A stretch of DNA of 64,000 nt. It comes from an uncultured Alphaproteobacteria bacterium (GTDB lineage Bacteria; Pseudomonadota; Alphaproteobacteria; Rhizobiales; Xanthobacteraceae). The notes beneath the pieces were generated by a model. It was given only the letters and a program-made list of their open reading frames with translations. It did no database searches and was not told where the DNA came from. Of the stretch, positions 1 to 10,534 are shown one piece after another. How positions within the stretch are numbered: position 1 is the stretch's first letter; each line of letters begins with the position of its first letter. Both the position numbers and the translations under genes were made by a program. Where the stretch lies: positions 43,130 through 107,129 of the forward strand of contig CAWEAC010000005.1 of NCBI GenBank assembly GCA_963807175.1. The letters are read 5' to 3'.

Positions 1-851
1 ATCGTGGCGCGGCTCGGCCGCGCCGCGGCCAGCACCACGATCACCGGGATCGCCACATAACCGATCGAACCGGCGAGATAGCCGAGCGCGCTATAGGCGG
101 TCGCGGCGAGCGATGGGCTGCCATGAACGATCATGGCATAGCCGAACGGCGCGAAATCGTGCCGGTATAGCCAAATGAGATGCGGCGCCAGCACGGCCAG
201 GCCGGCCACAACGGTCAGCCACGGCGCGGCGGAGCGGAAATAGACCGCGCGGCGTTTGTCGATCAGCGCGGCGATGGCGAGGCCAACGAGCAGGAACACC
301 GACCAGTATTTTCCCAGCATGCAGGCGGCGGCGGCGGCGCCTGCAAGCGTTGCATAAAGCGCGCCGCGCGTCCGGTACGACCGCAGAAACCAGAACGTCG
401 CCGCCGCCCAGGCCGGCATCAGCACCGTGTTGACGTTGAATTTCAGCGCATGGAAATTGAAGAACGGCACCAGCATCAGCAGCGCCAGTCCGGCGACGCG
501 CTTTTCGGCGTCGAGATAGTCGGCCGACAGCCGCCAGACGATCCACAGCGTCAGCGTCGGCATCGCCATCGCCAGCAGGTAATATGACCATTCGGCGACC
601 GGGAACACGCTGAACCACAGGCGCACGATCGCCGCGGCGAGCGGCGGATGCTTGTAGCCCCAGGCCAGATCGCGCGACCACGCGATCAGCTCGGTCATGT
701 CCGGGTGCAGGCCCTGGCTCGACTTGGCGATGGTGCCGTAGATCGTCCAGATCGTCAGATAGACCGCGAGCGAGGCCAGCACCGTGCGCTCGCGCCGCGC
801 CGGATCGATCAGCGCGGCGCGCAGGGCGTCAATGGGCTGAAGCAGGCGCAT
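1..851 (-). CDS. GT39/ArnT-like integral membrane glycosyltransferase, 3' end runs off the window
   Basis: My own translation from the ATG at 851 reads MRLLQPIDALRAALIDPARRERTVL...HPDMTELIAWSRDLAWGYKHPPL...FNVNTVLMP...GKYWS, with multiple hydrophobic segments. The frame is open to base 1, so it is absent from the ORF track. An in-frame TAG at 861-863 fixes the start. Confidence 0.75.
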   Translation of the reverse strand, partial: MRLLQPIDALRAALIDPARRERTVLASLAVYLTIWTIYGTIAKSSQGLHPDMTELIAWSRDLAWGYKHPPLAAAIVRLWFSVFPVAEWSYYLLAMAMPTLTLWIVWRLSADYLDAEKRVAGLALLMLVPFFNFHALKFNVNTVLMPAWAAATFWFLRSYRTRGALYATLAGAAAAACMLGKYWSVFLLVGLAIAALIDKRRAVYFRSAAPWLTVVAGLAVLAPHLIWLYRHDFAPFGYAMIVHGSPSLAATAYSALGYLAGSIGYVAIPVIVVLAAARPSRAT

Positions 852-901
852 GAGCAGGCTCTATCGCATGCGGGAGCGGTATTCGTCCAACCGCTCTCGC
901 T

Positions 902-1013
902 GTCATTCCGGGACGGCCCGCAGGGCCGGACCCGGAATCCAGGGGCTATATGGCACCACTTCAGTTGTGGCTCTGGATTCCGGGTTCGCCGCTACGCGGC
1001 GCCCCGGAATGAC
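902..1013. repeat. RIME/REP-like palindromic intergenic element
   Basis: Terminal inverted repeat GTCATTCCGGG (902-912) / CCCGGAATGAC (1003-1013), plus an inner inverted repeat CCCGGAATCCAG / CTGGATTCCGGG. Confidence 0.8.
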
Positions 1014-1060
1014 GAGGAGATTGCTTGAAGGCGGGAGTGCCGAGTGTTATCTGCCGCGCC

Positions 1061-2867
1061 ATGACGGCCACTCCAATCAGCAACATCCGCAACTTCTCCA
1101 TCGTCGCGCATATCGACCACGGCAAGTCCACCCTGGCCGACCGGCTGATCCAGCTCACCGGCGGACTGGAGCTGCGCGAAATGAAGGAACAGGTGCTCGA
1201 ACTCGATGGATATCGAGCGCGAGCGCGGCATTACCATCAAGGCGCAGACCGTGCGGCTCAATTACCGGGCGCGCGACGGCAAGGATTACGTCCTCAACCT
1301 GATCGACACCCCCGGCCACGTCGACTTTGCCTACGAGGTCAACCGTTCGCTCGCCGCCTGTGAGGGCTCGCTTTTGGTGGTGGACGCCAGCCAAGGCGTC
1401 GAGGCGCAGACGCTCGCCAACGTCTACCACGCCATCGACGCCGGCCACGAAATCGTGCCGGTGCTCAACAAGGTCGATCTGCCGGCGGCCGAGCCCGAAG
1501 CGGTCAAGAAGCAGATCGAGGACGTCATCGGGCTCGATGCCTCGAACGCCATCATGATCTCGGCCAAGACCGGCGAGAACGTGCCCGAGGTGCTGGAAGC
1601 CATCGTCACCCGCCTGCCGCCGCCGAAAGGCGACCGCGACAAGCCGCTGAAGGCGCTGCTGGTCGATAGCTGGTACGACGTCTATCTCGGCGTGGTCGTG
1701 CTGGTGCGGGTGGTCGACGGCGTGCTCAAGAAGGGCCAGCGCATCCGCATGATCGGCATCGCCGCGCATTATGAGGTCGATCGCGTCGGCGTGTTCACGC
1801 CCAAGCTCGCGCAAGTCGACGAACTCGGCCCGGGCGAGATCGGCATGCTCACCGCCTCGATCAAGGAAGTCGCCGATACGCGCGTCGGCGACACCATCAC
1901 CGACGAGCGCAATCCGGTCGACGAGCCGCTGCCCGGCTTCCGCCCGGCGATCCCTGTGGTGTTCTGCGGGTTGTTTCCGGTCGACGCCGCGCAGTTCGAG
2001 GACTTGCGCGCGGCCATGGGCCGGCTGCGGCTCAATGACGCCAGCTTCTCTTACGAGATGGAGACCAGCGCCGCGCTCGGCTTCGGCTTCCGCTGCGGCT
2101 TCCTCGGCCTGTTGCATCTGGAGATCATCCAGGAGCGGCTGGCGCGCGAGTTCAATCTCGACCTTATCGCGACCGCGCCGTCGGTGATCTACAAGATGAA
2201 ATTGCGCAACGGCAAGGAAATCGAGATCCACAATCCGGTCGACATGCCGGACCCGACGCAGATCTTGACCATGGAAGAGCCGTGGATCGAGGCGACGATT
2301 TTGACGCCGGACGAATATCTCGGCTCGGTGCTCAAGCTGTGCCAGGACCGCCGCGGCAGCCAGAAAGAGCTCACGTACGTCGGCAACCGCGCCATGGTGA
2401 AATACGACCTGCCGCTCAACGAGGTGGTGTTCGACTTCTACGACCGGCTGAAATCGGTGTCGCGCGGCTACGCCTCGTTCGACTATCACCTCACCGAGTA
2501 CAAGGAAGCCGATCTGGTCAAGCTGCAGATGCTGGTCAACAGCGATCCGGTCGACGCGCTGTCCATGCTGGTGCATCGCACGAGAGCCGAGCAGCGCGGC
2601 CGCGCCATGGCGGAGAAGCTGAAAGAACTGATTCCGCCGCACATGTTCGTGGTGCCGATCCAGGCCGCGATCGGCGGCAAGATCATCGCGCGCGAGACCG
2701 TGCGCGCCTTCCGCAAGGACGTCACCGCCAAATGCTACGGCGGCGACGCCACGCGCAAGCGCAAGCTGCTCGACAAGCAGAAGGAAGGCAAAAAGAAGAT
2801 GCGGCAGTTCGGCAAGGTCGATATTCCGCAGGAAGCGTTTATTGCGGCGCTGAAGGTGGATACGTAA
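1061..2867 (+). CDS. lepA: Translation elongation factor 4 (LepA), with an apparent +1 frameshift at ~1200
   Basis: N-terminal [22 protein letters not shown] (ORF 1025..1363) continues as [14 protein letters not shown]...DTPGHVDF...[14 protein letters not shown] (ORF 1206..2867). Removing one A at 1200-1201 restores QVLDSMDIE. Confidence 0.95.
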
Positions 2868-2898
2868 ATTTCCGTTCATCCCCTGCGAAAACGGCGAA

Positions 2899-2953
2899 GC
2901 CGAGCCGCGCGCTCGGCCAAGAAGGCGGCGCGCGCCCGCGAAAGCGCGCGGGC
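2899..2953. terminator. Two GC hairpins between the convergent lepA and L,D-transpeptidase genes
   Basis: GCCGAGC-5nt-GCTCGGC and GCCCGCG-6nt-CGCGGGC. No clear U-tract. Confidence 0.35.
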
Positions 2954-2965
2954 ATTCGTCCGCCG

Positions 2966-3541
2966 TCAGCGTCGGCCGGCGGATGCCGTCGGGAAAAAGA
3001 AATTCGGCGTCCGCTGCCAGTCCTGCTGCGAGCCGAAAGTCTGCGGCGCCGTCTGTTGACGGGGACGATGGGAGCGGCGCGCTTCATGCGTGTCGCGGCC
3101 GCGCGCCTGCTTGGGCCGTTCGCCGCTGATCACGATGGTGGTTTCGTCGGTGTGCCCCTTCACCAATTCGAACAGCAGTTCGGCGTTTTTCGGACTGAGG
3201 CGGATGCAGCCATGCGAGGCCGGCGAGCCGAGGCGCGAGACCTCATAGCTGCCGTGGATGGCGTAGCCCTCGTTGAAAAAGATCGAATAGGGCATCGGCG
3301 ACCAGTCGTACTGGCGGGAGAAATGCTTGCGCGCGAGCCATTCCGGCTTGTAGGTGCCGTTGGGCGTGCGGTAGCCGATGCGCGCGGTCGACACCGGCCA
3401 TTGGTAGCGTTGCACGCCGTCGACCATGGCCGACAGCCGCTGCTCGGCTTGATCCACCGTCACGACGATGGCGGCGCTTGCCGGCGCAAGGCTGCCGAGC
3501 AAAACGGCAACGGCGGCAAGGACGACGGTTAGGGGCGGCAT
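2966..3541 (-). CDS. L,D-transpeptidase (YkuD family)
   Basis: Signal peptide, WPVSTARIGYRTP and the catalytic YAIHGS...ASHGCIRL motif. Start placed at MPPLTVV. Confidence 0.9.
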   Translation of the reverse strand: MPPLTVVLAAVAVLLGSLAPASAAIVVTVDQAEQRLSAMVDGVQRYQWPVSTARIGYRTPNGTYKPEWLARKHFSRQYDWSPMPYSIFFNEGYAIHGSYEVSRLGSPASHGCIRLSPKNAELLFELVKGHTDETTIVISGERPKQARGRDTHEARRSHRPRQQTAPQTFGSQQDWQRTPNFFFPTASAGRR

Positions 3542-3701
3542 CGCGGGGTCCCCCGATAGGAATCGCAGCCCTATCTTGGCAAATTTTCGCGGCCCGTGCC
3601 TCAAATCCTGGTGATTTGGTTATTGTTCTTTTCGGCCGCGCCGCTGTTGTCGCGCATTTTAACCTGACAAGCCGGGCCGGAATCGCTAGATCGGACGCAT
3701 C

Positions 3702-4661
3702 ATGACCGCCCGTCTCGCCCTCGTCGCCCTATCGCTCGCATTGGCCGGCGCCTTCGCCGGCGGTAGCCTCGCGCAGACGCCAAAGCCGGCGACGCCGTCG
3801 CCGCCGGTAAAGCCCGCGGCCGCGGAAGCAAAGCTACCGGCCAAGCTGCTGTTCTCGCAAAAGAAGCTGCCGAGCCTCGGCCACGCCATGGCGATCGGCT
3901 ATTACCCACGCGGCTGCCTGCAAGGCGGCGTCGAGCTGCCGGTCGACGGCCCGACTTGGCAGGTCATGCGGCTGTCGCGCAACCGCAATTGGGGCCATCC
4001 CGAATTGGTCAAATTCCTCGAGCGCTTCGCGCCGCTCGCCGCCAAGGCCACCGGCTGGCACGGCATCCTGGTCGGCGACATGGCGCAGCCGCGCGGCGGG
4101 CCGCTGCCGTTCGGACACGCCAGCCATCAGATCGGGCTCGACGTCGACATCTGGTTCATGCCGATGCCGAACCATGAACTGAGCCAGCAGGAGCGCGAGA
4201 ATATCTCCGCCAGCAATCTGGTCACCGCCGACAAGCTCAACATCGACCCGAAAACCTGGACACCGGCCGACGTCGCCTTCATCCGCACCGCGGCCGAACA
4301 GCCCGAGGTCGAGCGCATCTTCGTCAACGCCGCGATCAAGAAGGAGTTGTGCCGCGTCGAGGGAAAAAATCACTTTTCCTGGATGTCCAGGGTGCGTCCC
4401 TGGTACGGCCATGCCGACCACATCCACGTGCGGCTGAAATGTCCGCCCAACTCGCCGAACTGCCGCAAGCAGGAGCCGGTGCCGGTGGGCGATGGCTGCG
4501 CCGCCAAGGACTTGGCCTTCTGGTTCAAGGACTCCGTCCTGCATCCGAAGCCGGGTCCGCCGCCGAAGGTCCCGCCCAAACCGATCACGCTCGCCGATCT
4601 GCCGCCCGCCTGCAAAAACGTGCTCGACGCCCCGGCCAATCCGAAGGCCGCGCAGCGCTGA
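3702..4661 (+). CDS. mepA: Penicillin-insensitive murein endopeptidase
   Basis: Signal peptide, IGYYPRGCL, RNRNWGHP, HASHQIGLDVDIW and HADHIHVRL motifs. Confidence 0.9.
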   Translation: MTARLALVALSLALAGAFAGGSLAQTPKPATPSPPVKPAAAEAKLPAKLLFSQKKLPSLGHAMAIGYYPRGCLQGGVELPVDGPTWQVMRLSRNRNWGHPELVKFLERFAPLAAKATGWHGILVGDMAQPRGGPLPFGHASHQIGLDVDIWFMPMPNHELSQQERENISASNLVTADKLNIDPKTWTPADVAFIRTAAEQPEVERIFVNAAIKKELCRVEGKNHFSWMSRVRPWYGHADHIHVRLKCPPNSPNCRKQEPVPVGDGCAAKDLAFWFKDSVLHPKPGPPPKVPPKPITLADLPPACKNVLDAPANPKAAQR

Positions 4662-4745
4662 TCGATCAAACTGGCTGATCGAAGCATTCTGAAGTTTTGC
4701 GCCGGCGATATTCCCGCTGTGCGCCGATCGGGCTAGACTGCCGCT

Positions 4746-7136
4746 ATGGCCGACAACCTCGACACCTTGCGCGAACTGGAAAAAAAGATCCTCTGGCTCG
4801 CCAGTTGGACCATCCACAACGCCAATCATCTGCGCGACCACAGCGACGGCCTCAAGGTCGGCGGCCACCAGGCGTCGTCGGCCTCGCTCGCCACCATCAT
4901 GACCGCGCTTTATCTCGACGTGTTGCGGCCGCAGGACCGCGTGGCGGTGAAGCCGCACGCTTCGCCTATCTTTCACGCCATCCAGTACCTGCTCGGCCGG
5001 CAGACGCGCGAGCGGCTGGAAACGTTTCGCGGCTACAAAGGCGCGCAGAGCTACCCCTCGCGCACCAAGGACTTGGACGACGTCGACTTCTCAACCGGCT
5101 CGGTGGGCTTGGGCGTGGCGCAAACGCTGTTCTCCTCGCTGGTGCAGGATTACGTGCGCGCGCACGGCTGGGGCTTGAGCCGTCCGGAAGGACGCATGGT
5201 CGCGCTGGTCGGCGATGCCGAACTCGACGAAGGCAACATCTTCGAAGCGCTGCTCGAAGGCTGGAAACAGGGCCTGCGCAATTGCTGGTGGATCATCGAC
5301 TACAACCGGCAGAGCCTCGACGCTGTCGTGCGCGAGGGCCTGTGGGAGCGCTACGAGCAACTGTTCAAGAATTTCGGCTGGGACGTGGTGATTCTGAAAT
5401 ACGGCTCGCTGCAGCAGGCCGCGTTCAAGGAGCCCGGCGGCGACCGGCTGCGGCAATGGATCGACCGCTGCCCCAACCCGCTCTACTCGGCGCTGGTGTT
5501 CGCCGGCGGCGCCGCCTGGCGTAAGCGGCTCAATGACGAGATCGGCGATCAAGGTGACGTCAGCCGGCTGATCGAGAAACGCTCCGACGACGAACTTGCC
5601 GCCTTGATGAACAATCTCGGCGGCCACGACCTGCCGTCCTTGCTGGAGGCGTTTCACAACGCGGACAACGACCGGCCGACCTGCTTCATCGCCTACACCG
5701 TCAAAGGCTTCGGCCTGCCGATGGCCGGGCATAAGGACAACCATGCCGGCCTGATGACCCCGGCGCAGATGGAGGTGTTCCGCAAGGCAATGGCGGTGCG
5801 CCCCGGCCACGAGTGGGAACCGTTCGAGGGCCTGTCGCTGCCGCCGGAGCAACTCCGGTCATTTCTCGATCGCGTTCCGTTCGCCGCCGACAAGGCGCGC
5901 CGTCTCAGCGCGCCGCCGATCGACGTGCCGGAGACTTTGCCGGTGACCATTCAGCCGGTGATGGCGACGCAGACCGGCTTCGGCGCGCTGCTCAACGAGA
6001 TCGGCCGCGGCGACGGCGAATTCGCGCAGCATATCGTCACGACGTCGCCCGACGTGACGGTTTCGACCAATCTCGGACCCTGGGTGAACCGGCGCGGGCT
6101 GTTCGCGCGCCAGGCCATGGCCGACACGTTCAAGAGCGAGCGCATCCCGTCCACGTTCAACTGGGAGTACTCGCCCAAGGGCCAGCATATCGAGCTCGGC
6201 ATCGCCGAGATGAATCTGTTCATCGTGCTGTCGGCACTCGGCCTCTCGCACAGCATCAACGGCGAGCGGCTGCTGCCGATCGGCACGCTGTACGATCCCT
6301 TCATCGCGCGCGGCCTCGATGCACTCAACTATGCCTGTTACCAGGATGCGCGCTTCATTCTGGTGGCGACGCCGTCGGGCATCACGCTGGCCGGCGAAGG
6401 CGGCGCGCATCAATCCATCGCCGAGCCGCTGATCGGGATCGCGCAGGACGGATTGGCGGCGTTCGAGCCCGCCTATGTCGACGAACTCGCGGTCATTTTG
6501 CGCTGGGCCTTCGCCTATATCCAGAAGGACAGCGATGCGGCGCCTTCCGAGCGCAACTGGCTGCGCGACGAAACCGGCGGCTCGGTCTATCTGCGGCTGT
6601 CGACGCGGCCGGTCGAGCAGATCGAGCGCAAGATGACGCCGGATCTGGCCCAGCAGATCGTCGATGGCGCGTATTGGCTGCGTAGGCCGGGGCCGAACGC
6701 ACAGGTGATCGTCGCCTACACCGGCGCCATCGCGCCGGAGGCGATCGAAGCCGTCGGCCTGATGGCGGAGGATCGCCGCGACGTCGGCTTGCTTGCGGTT
6801 ACCTCGGCCGACCGGCTCAACGCCGGCTGGACCGCCGCGCAGCGCGCGCGCGAGCGCGGCCTTGTCCATGCGCGCTCGCATATCGAGCGGCTATTGGCGG
6901 ACGTGCCGGCGCATTGCGGCATCGTCAGCGTGATCGACGGCCACCCGGCGACGCTGGCCTGGCTTGGCGCGGTCGCCGGTCATCGCACGCGCCCGCTCGG
7001 CGTCGAGCATTTCGGCCAGACCGGCTCGCTCGCCGAGCTTTACCAGCACTATGGCATCGACGCCAATGCCATCGTCGCGGCCGCGCAGGCGATCGCGCCC
7101 GGCCGGCCGATCCGGCACCTCAAGGCTTTGCCTTAG
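4746..7136 (+). CDS. AceE-like homodimeric ThDP enzyme (pyruvate dehydrogenase E1/transketolase-like)
   Basis: KVGGHQASSAS, FSTGSVGLG, ThDP motif GDAELDEG...DYNRQSLD and LGIAEMN; 796 aa. Confidence 0.8.
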   Translation: MADNLDTLRELEKKILWLASWTIHNANHLRDHSDGLKVGGHQASSASLATIMTALYLDVLRPQDRVAVKPHASPIFHAIQYLLGRQTRERLETFRGYKGAQSYPSRTKDLDDVDFSTGSVGLGVAQTLFSSLVQDYVRAHGWGLSRPEGRMVALVGDAELDEGNIFEALLEGWKQGLRNCWWIIDYNRQSLDAVVREGLWERYEQLFKNFGWDVVILKYGSLQQAAFKEPGGDRLRQWIDRCPNPLYSALVFAGGAAWRKRLNDEIGDQGDVSRLIEKRSDDELAALMNNLGGHDLPSLLEAFHNADNDRPTCFIAYTVKGFGLPMAGHKDNHAGLMTPAQMEVFRKAMAVRPGHEWEPFEGLSLPPEQLRSFLDRVPFAADKARRLSAPPIDVPETLPVTIQPVMATQTGFGALLNEIGRGDGEFAQHIVTTSPDVTVSTNLGPWVNRRGLFARQAMADTFKSERIPSTFNWEYSPKGQHIELGIAEMNLFIVLSALGLSHSINGERLLPIGTLYDPFIARGLDALNYACYQDARFILVATPSGITLAGEGGAHQSIAEPLIGIAQDGLAAFEPAYVDELAVILRWAFAYIQKDSDAAPSERNWLRDETGGSVYLRLSTRPVEQIERKMTPDLAQQIVDGAYWLRRPGPNAQVIVAYTGAIAPEAIEAVGLMAEDRRDVGLLAVTSADRLNAGWTAAQRARERGLVHARSHIERLLADVPAHCGIVSVIDGHPATLAWLGAVAGHRTRPLGVEHFGQTGSLAELYQHYGIDANAIVAAAQAIAPGRPIRHLKALP

Positions 7137-7162
7137 CGCATGATCCCGAAAAGCGGGAACCG
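7136..7162. repeat. Truncated short palindromic repeat (GCATGATCCCGAAAAG.GGGAACCG family)
   Basis: Matches the half of the copies at 13359-13407 and 25693-25742. Confidence 0.6.
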
Positions 7163-7170
7163 CCAAGAAG

Positions 7171-7740
7171 CTAGCGCATCCAGAGGCCCATGCCGAAAAT
7201 CGTGCCGATGACGCCGAAAATCACGATCCACACCACGAACAGGCAGACCACGACGGCAACCGTGTAGATCAGCGTCTTGCCCTGCGGCGGTCTCATCAGC
7301 GCCGCGATGCCGGTATACAAAAGATAGAGGCTGTAGAGCCCGAGAATGCCGAGAACGGCCAATACCGCTATCAGGTTGAAGACGCCGGCAACCCAGGCGG
7401 CCGTCGGCGCATAGGCCGACACCTTCATGGCATTGCCGAGATTCCTTTGCCCGTCGAACACGCCGGCGAGGTAATCGATGACGTAGGCCATGACGAAAAC
7501 GCCAACCAGCCCGAGCACGTAGACCACGATCGCGTGCAGCAACCCGGCCACGAAGCCTAATTGGTACGGGCCATAGCCGATGATGACGCCGCCGATGAAC
7601 GAGCACACCGGCGGAATCGCGGAGACGATGCAGACATAGTTCGTGAACAGGTAACCGGCATCGCCCGACTCCGCTGCGATCACGGGCCATTCGGATTTCG
7701 GCTGCAGCAATATCGCTTTGACGCGCTCGACGAGATTCAT
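7171..7740 (-). CDS. Yip1-domain membrane protein
   Basis: ERVKAILLQPKSEWPVI...AYAPTAAWVAG...YSLYLLYTG, with about 5 hydrophobic segments. Confidence 0.8.
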   Translation of the reverse strand: MNLVERVKAILLQPKSEWPVIAAESGDAGYLFTNYVCIVSAIPPVCSFIGGVIIGYGPYQLGFVAGLLHAIVVYVLGLVGVFVMAYVIDYLAGVFDGQRNLGNAMKVSAYAPTAAWVAGVFNLIAVLAVLGILGLYSLYLLYTGIAALMRPPQGKTLIYTVAVVVCLFVVWIVIFGVIGTIFGMGLWMR

Positions 7741-7771
7741 GACACCCTTCCTTTGATCCTCATGTTGACGT

Positions 7772-9403
7772 TCAACGCTGTCGATCCTCTAAAATCATAG
7801 CGGCGCCTTTTTCCGCGATCATCATGGTCGGCGAATTGGTGTTGCCGGACGTGATCGACGGCATCACCGAGGCGTCCGCCACCCGCAGGCCGTCGATGCC
7901 GATTACGCGCAGCCGCGCGTCCACCACCGCGTTGGCATCGTCGGCGCGCCCCATGCGGGCGGTGCCGACGGGATGGAAAATGGTGGTGCCGATGTCGCCC
8001 GCCGCCTTTATCAAACCTGCTTCGTCGTCGTCGCGCACCTGCGCGCCCGGCAGATATTCGACTGGCGAATATTTTTGCAGCGCCGGCTGCGCCACGATCC
8101 GGCGCGTGACGCGGATCGAGTCGGCGGCGACGCGGCGGTCTTCCGGCGTCGCCAGATAATTCGGATGGATCGCTGGCGCCGCCGCCGGGTCGGCCGATTT
8201 CAATTTCAGGCTGCCGCGGCTGGTCGGCTGCACGTTGGTGACGCTGACCGTGAAAGCCGGAAACGCATGCAGCGGCTCGCCGAACTTGTCGAGCGAGAGC
8301 GGCTGCACGTGATATTGAATATTGGCGCGGTCCCGCGTGGCATCGGATTTGGCGAAGGCGCCGAGTTGCGACGGCGCCATGGTCAAAGGCCCGCGCCGGA
8401 ACAAGGCATAGTTGACGCCCATCCAGGCGCGCGTGAACAGCGAGGCATACATCTCGTTCAAGGTTTTGACGCCGGTCGCCTTGTAGATCATCCGCAATTG
8501 CAGATGGTCATGCAGGTTGCCGCCGACGCCCGGTCTGTCGAGCACCACGGGAATGCCGAATTGGGCAAGCTGCGCCGCCGGCCCCACTCCAGACAGCATC
8601 ATGATTTGCGGCGAGCCGATCGAGCCGGCCGCCAACACGACTTCGCCGCGGCAATGCGCGGAACGCGCAACGCCGTCCTGCCGCCAGCGCATGCCGACGC
8701 AGCGCTTGCCGTCGAACGTCAAACCTTCGACCAGGCAACCGGTTTCCAGCCGCAGGTTTTGCCGGTTGAGCACCGGCTTGAGAAAGCCGCGCGCCGCCGA
8801 CCAGCGCCGTCCGAGCTTCTGGTTGACGTGGAAATAGCAGGAGCCGGCGTTGTCGCCGGTATTGAAGTCGTCGACCTTCGGAATGCCGTACTGCGCCGCC
8901 GCCTCGCGCCAGACATCGATGATGTCCCAGCGCAGGCGCGGAAATTCGACGCGCCATTCGCCGCCGACGCCGTGGTGCTCGCTGGCGCCTAGAAAATTGT
9001 CTTCGTGCTTCTTGAAATACGGCAGCACGTCGTCCCACGACCAGCCGGGCAACCCGAGCTGGCGCCAATGATCGTAGTCGCGGGCCTGCCCGCGCATGTA
9101 GATCATGGCGTTGATCGCCGAGGAGCCGCCGATCACCTTGCCGCGCGGATAATTGAGGCTGCGGCCGTTGAGGCCCTCCTCCGGCTCGGTCTTGAACATC
9201 CAGTCCGAGCGCGGATTGCCGATGGCGAACAAATAGCCGACCGGAATGTGAAACCAGATCCAGTTGTCCTTGCCGCCGGCTTCCAGCAGCAGCACCCGGT
9301 TGGCCGGATCGGCGGACAGGCGGTTGGCCAGCACGCAGCCGGCCGAGCCGGCGCCGACAATGATGTAATCGAACTCGCCTTCGATGGGCGCCGCGTCCGC
9401 CAT
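7772..9403 (-). CDS. GMC family oxidoreductase (choline dehydrogenase-like)
   Basis: [45 protein letters not shown] and [13 protein letters not shown] motifs. Start could also be 9412. Confidence 0.9.
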   Translation of the reverse strand: MADAAPIEGEFDYIIVGAGSAGCVLANRLSADPANRVLLLEAGGKDNWIWFHIPVGYLFAIGNPRSDWMFKTEPEEGLNGRSLNYPRGKVIGGSSAINAMIYMRGQARDYDHWRQLGLPGWSWDDVLPYFKKHEDNFLGASEHHGVGGEWRVEFPRLRWDIIDVWREAAAQYGIPKVDDFNTGDNAGSCYFHVNQKLGRRWSAARGFLKPVLNRQNLRLETGCLVEGLTFDGKRCVGMRWRQDGVARSAHCRGEVVLAAGSIGSPQIMMLSGVGPAAQLAQFGIPVVLDRPGVGGNLHDHLQLRMIYKATGVKTLNEMYASLFTRAWMGVNYALFRRGPLTMAPSQLGAFAKSDATRDRANIQYHVQPLSLDKFGEPLHAFPAFTVSVTNVQPTSRGSLKLKSADPAAAPAIHPNYLATPEDRRVAADSIRVTRRIVAQPALQKYSPVEYLPGAQVRDDDEAGLIKAAGDIGTTIFHPVGTARMGRADDANAVVDARLRVIGIDGLRVADASVMPSITSGNTNSPTMMIAEKGAAMILEDRQR

Positions 9404-9586
9404 TGCCGCCATCCCCCTGACGGATTGGACTTTACCTTGGCCGGCGGGAGTTGCTAGGCTCTCCATCGACCTGCGGTGCACCGTGCGTGCGCTGCGAAAG
9501 CCGGAACGGCGGTTCCGACAACGGGTCGTTTCCAACTTTTATTCAACCCAAGCCCGGCGTCCCTACCGCGCCCGTGGAGAACCGCC

Positions 9587-10372
9587 ATGTTCGTACGCCT
9601 TCTTGCCGTTCTCGGCCTATTTGGCGCCCTCGCCGCCGCGCCGCAGCCCGCCGTCGCGCAGCAAAGCCTCACCGTCTTCGCCGCCGCGTCTTTGAAAAAT
9701 GCGCTCGACGAAGCCGATGCCGCCTTCAGCAAGGCGACCGGCGTCAAGGTGGTGGCGAGCTATGAGGCGAGTTCGGCGCTTGCCAAGCAGATCGAGGCCG
9801 GCGCGCCGGCCGACGTCTTCATATCCGCCGACTTAGCCTGGATGGATTATGCGTCGGCGCACAAGCTCATTAAGCCCGACACCCGGTTCAATCTGCTCGG
9901 CAACAGACTGGTTCTGATCACACCGAAGGAATCCAAACTCGACCATGTCGCCATCGCGAAGGGCTTCGACATCGCCAAGCTCGCCGGCGACGGACAAATC
10001 GCGGTGGCCGACGTCAAGGCGGTGCCTGCCGGCCGCTATGCCAAGGCGGCGCTGGAGAAGCTCGGAGCATGGTCAGCGGCCGAGCCGAAGCTGGCGCAGG
10101 CCGAAAACGTTCGCGCAACGCTCGCTTTCGTCGCGCGCGACGAAACCCCGCTCGGCATCGTTTATGCAACCGACGCCAAGATCGAGCCGAAGGTAAAAAT
10201 CGTCGGCGAATTCCCCGATGACGCCTACCCGCCGGTCACCTATCCAGCCGCCGAGACCATCGCCAGCAAGAACGCGGCCGCCGCGCGCTATCTCGCCTTC
10301 CTGCGCACAAGCGCTGCCAAGGCGGTCTTCGAGAAGTACGGCTTCAGCTTTCTGATCAAGCCGGTATCGTGA
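9587..10372 (+). CDS. modA: Molybdate ABC transporter substrate-binding protein
   Basis: VFAAASL, SSALAKQIEAGAPADVFISA and VPAGRYAK motifs. GGAG RBS upstream. Confidence 0.92.
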   Translation: MFVRLLAVLGLFGALAAAPQPAVAQQSLTVFAAASLKNALDEADAAFSKATGVKVVASYEASSALAKQIEAGAPADVFISADLAWMDYASAHKLIKPDTRFNLLGNRLVLITPKESKLDHVAIAKGFDIAKLAGDGQIAVADVKAVPAGRYAKAALEKLGAWSAAEPKLAQAENVRATLAFVARDETPLGIVYATDAKIEPKVKIVGEFPDDAYPPVTYPAAETIASKNAAAARYLAFLRTSAAKAVFEKYGFSFLIKPVS

Positions 10373-10393
10373 GGGTGGCGATGCATGGTTCCG

Positions 10394-10528
10394 CGTGTCC
10401 CGGGCGCAGCGCAGCACGAAGTGGTGCGCTGCAGACCCGGGACCCAGCTTCGTCACAAAGAAAGTTGGACCCCGGATCAGCGGCGCACCACTCCGCTACG
10501 CTTCGTGCTGCGCCGCATCCGGGGAACG
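10394..10528. repeat. Palindromic intergenic repeat between modA and modB
   Basis: CGTGTCCCGGGCGCAGCGCAGCACGAAG is imperfectly inverted by CTTCGTGCTGCGCCGCATCCGGGGAACG. Internal hairpins are present. Confidence 0.75.
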
Positions 10529-10534
10529 CCATTG

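Noticed and set aside
1190-1210. Programmed ribosomal frameshift in lepA
   Set aside because: There is no slippery heptamer or stimulator, and similar indels recur across unrelated genes, which favours sequencing error.
1155-2879. Long antisense or alternate-frame ORFs in the track (e.g. 1155..2879 -, 3834..4976 -, 50509..52128 +, 53222..54673 +)
   Set aside because: These are shadow frames of well-supported high-GC genes, with no motifs or RBS.
9420-9586. Moco riboswitch or ModE box upstream of modA
   Set aside because: I could not recognise either consensus in this short divergent intergenic region.
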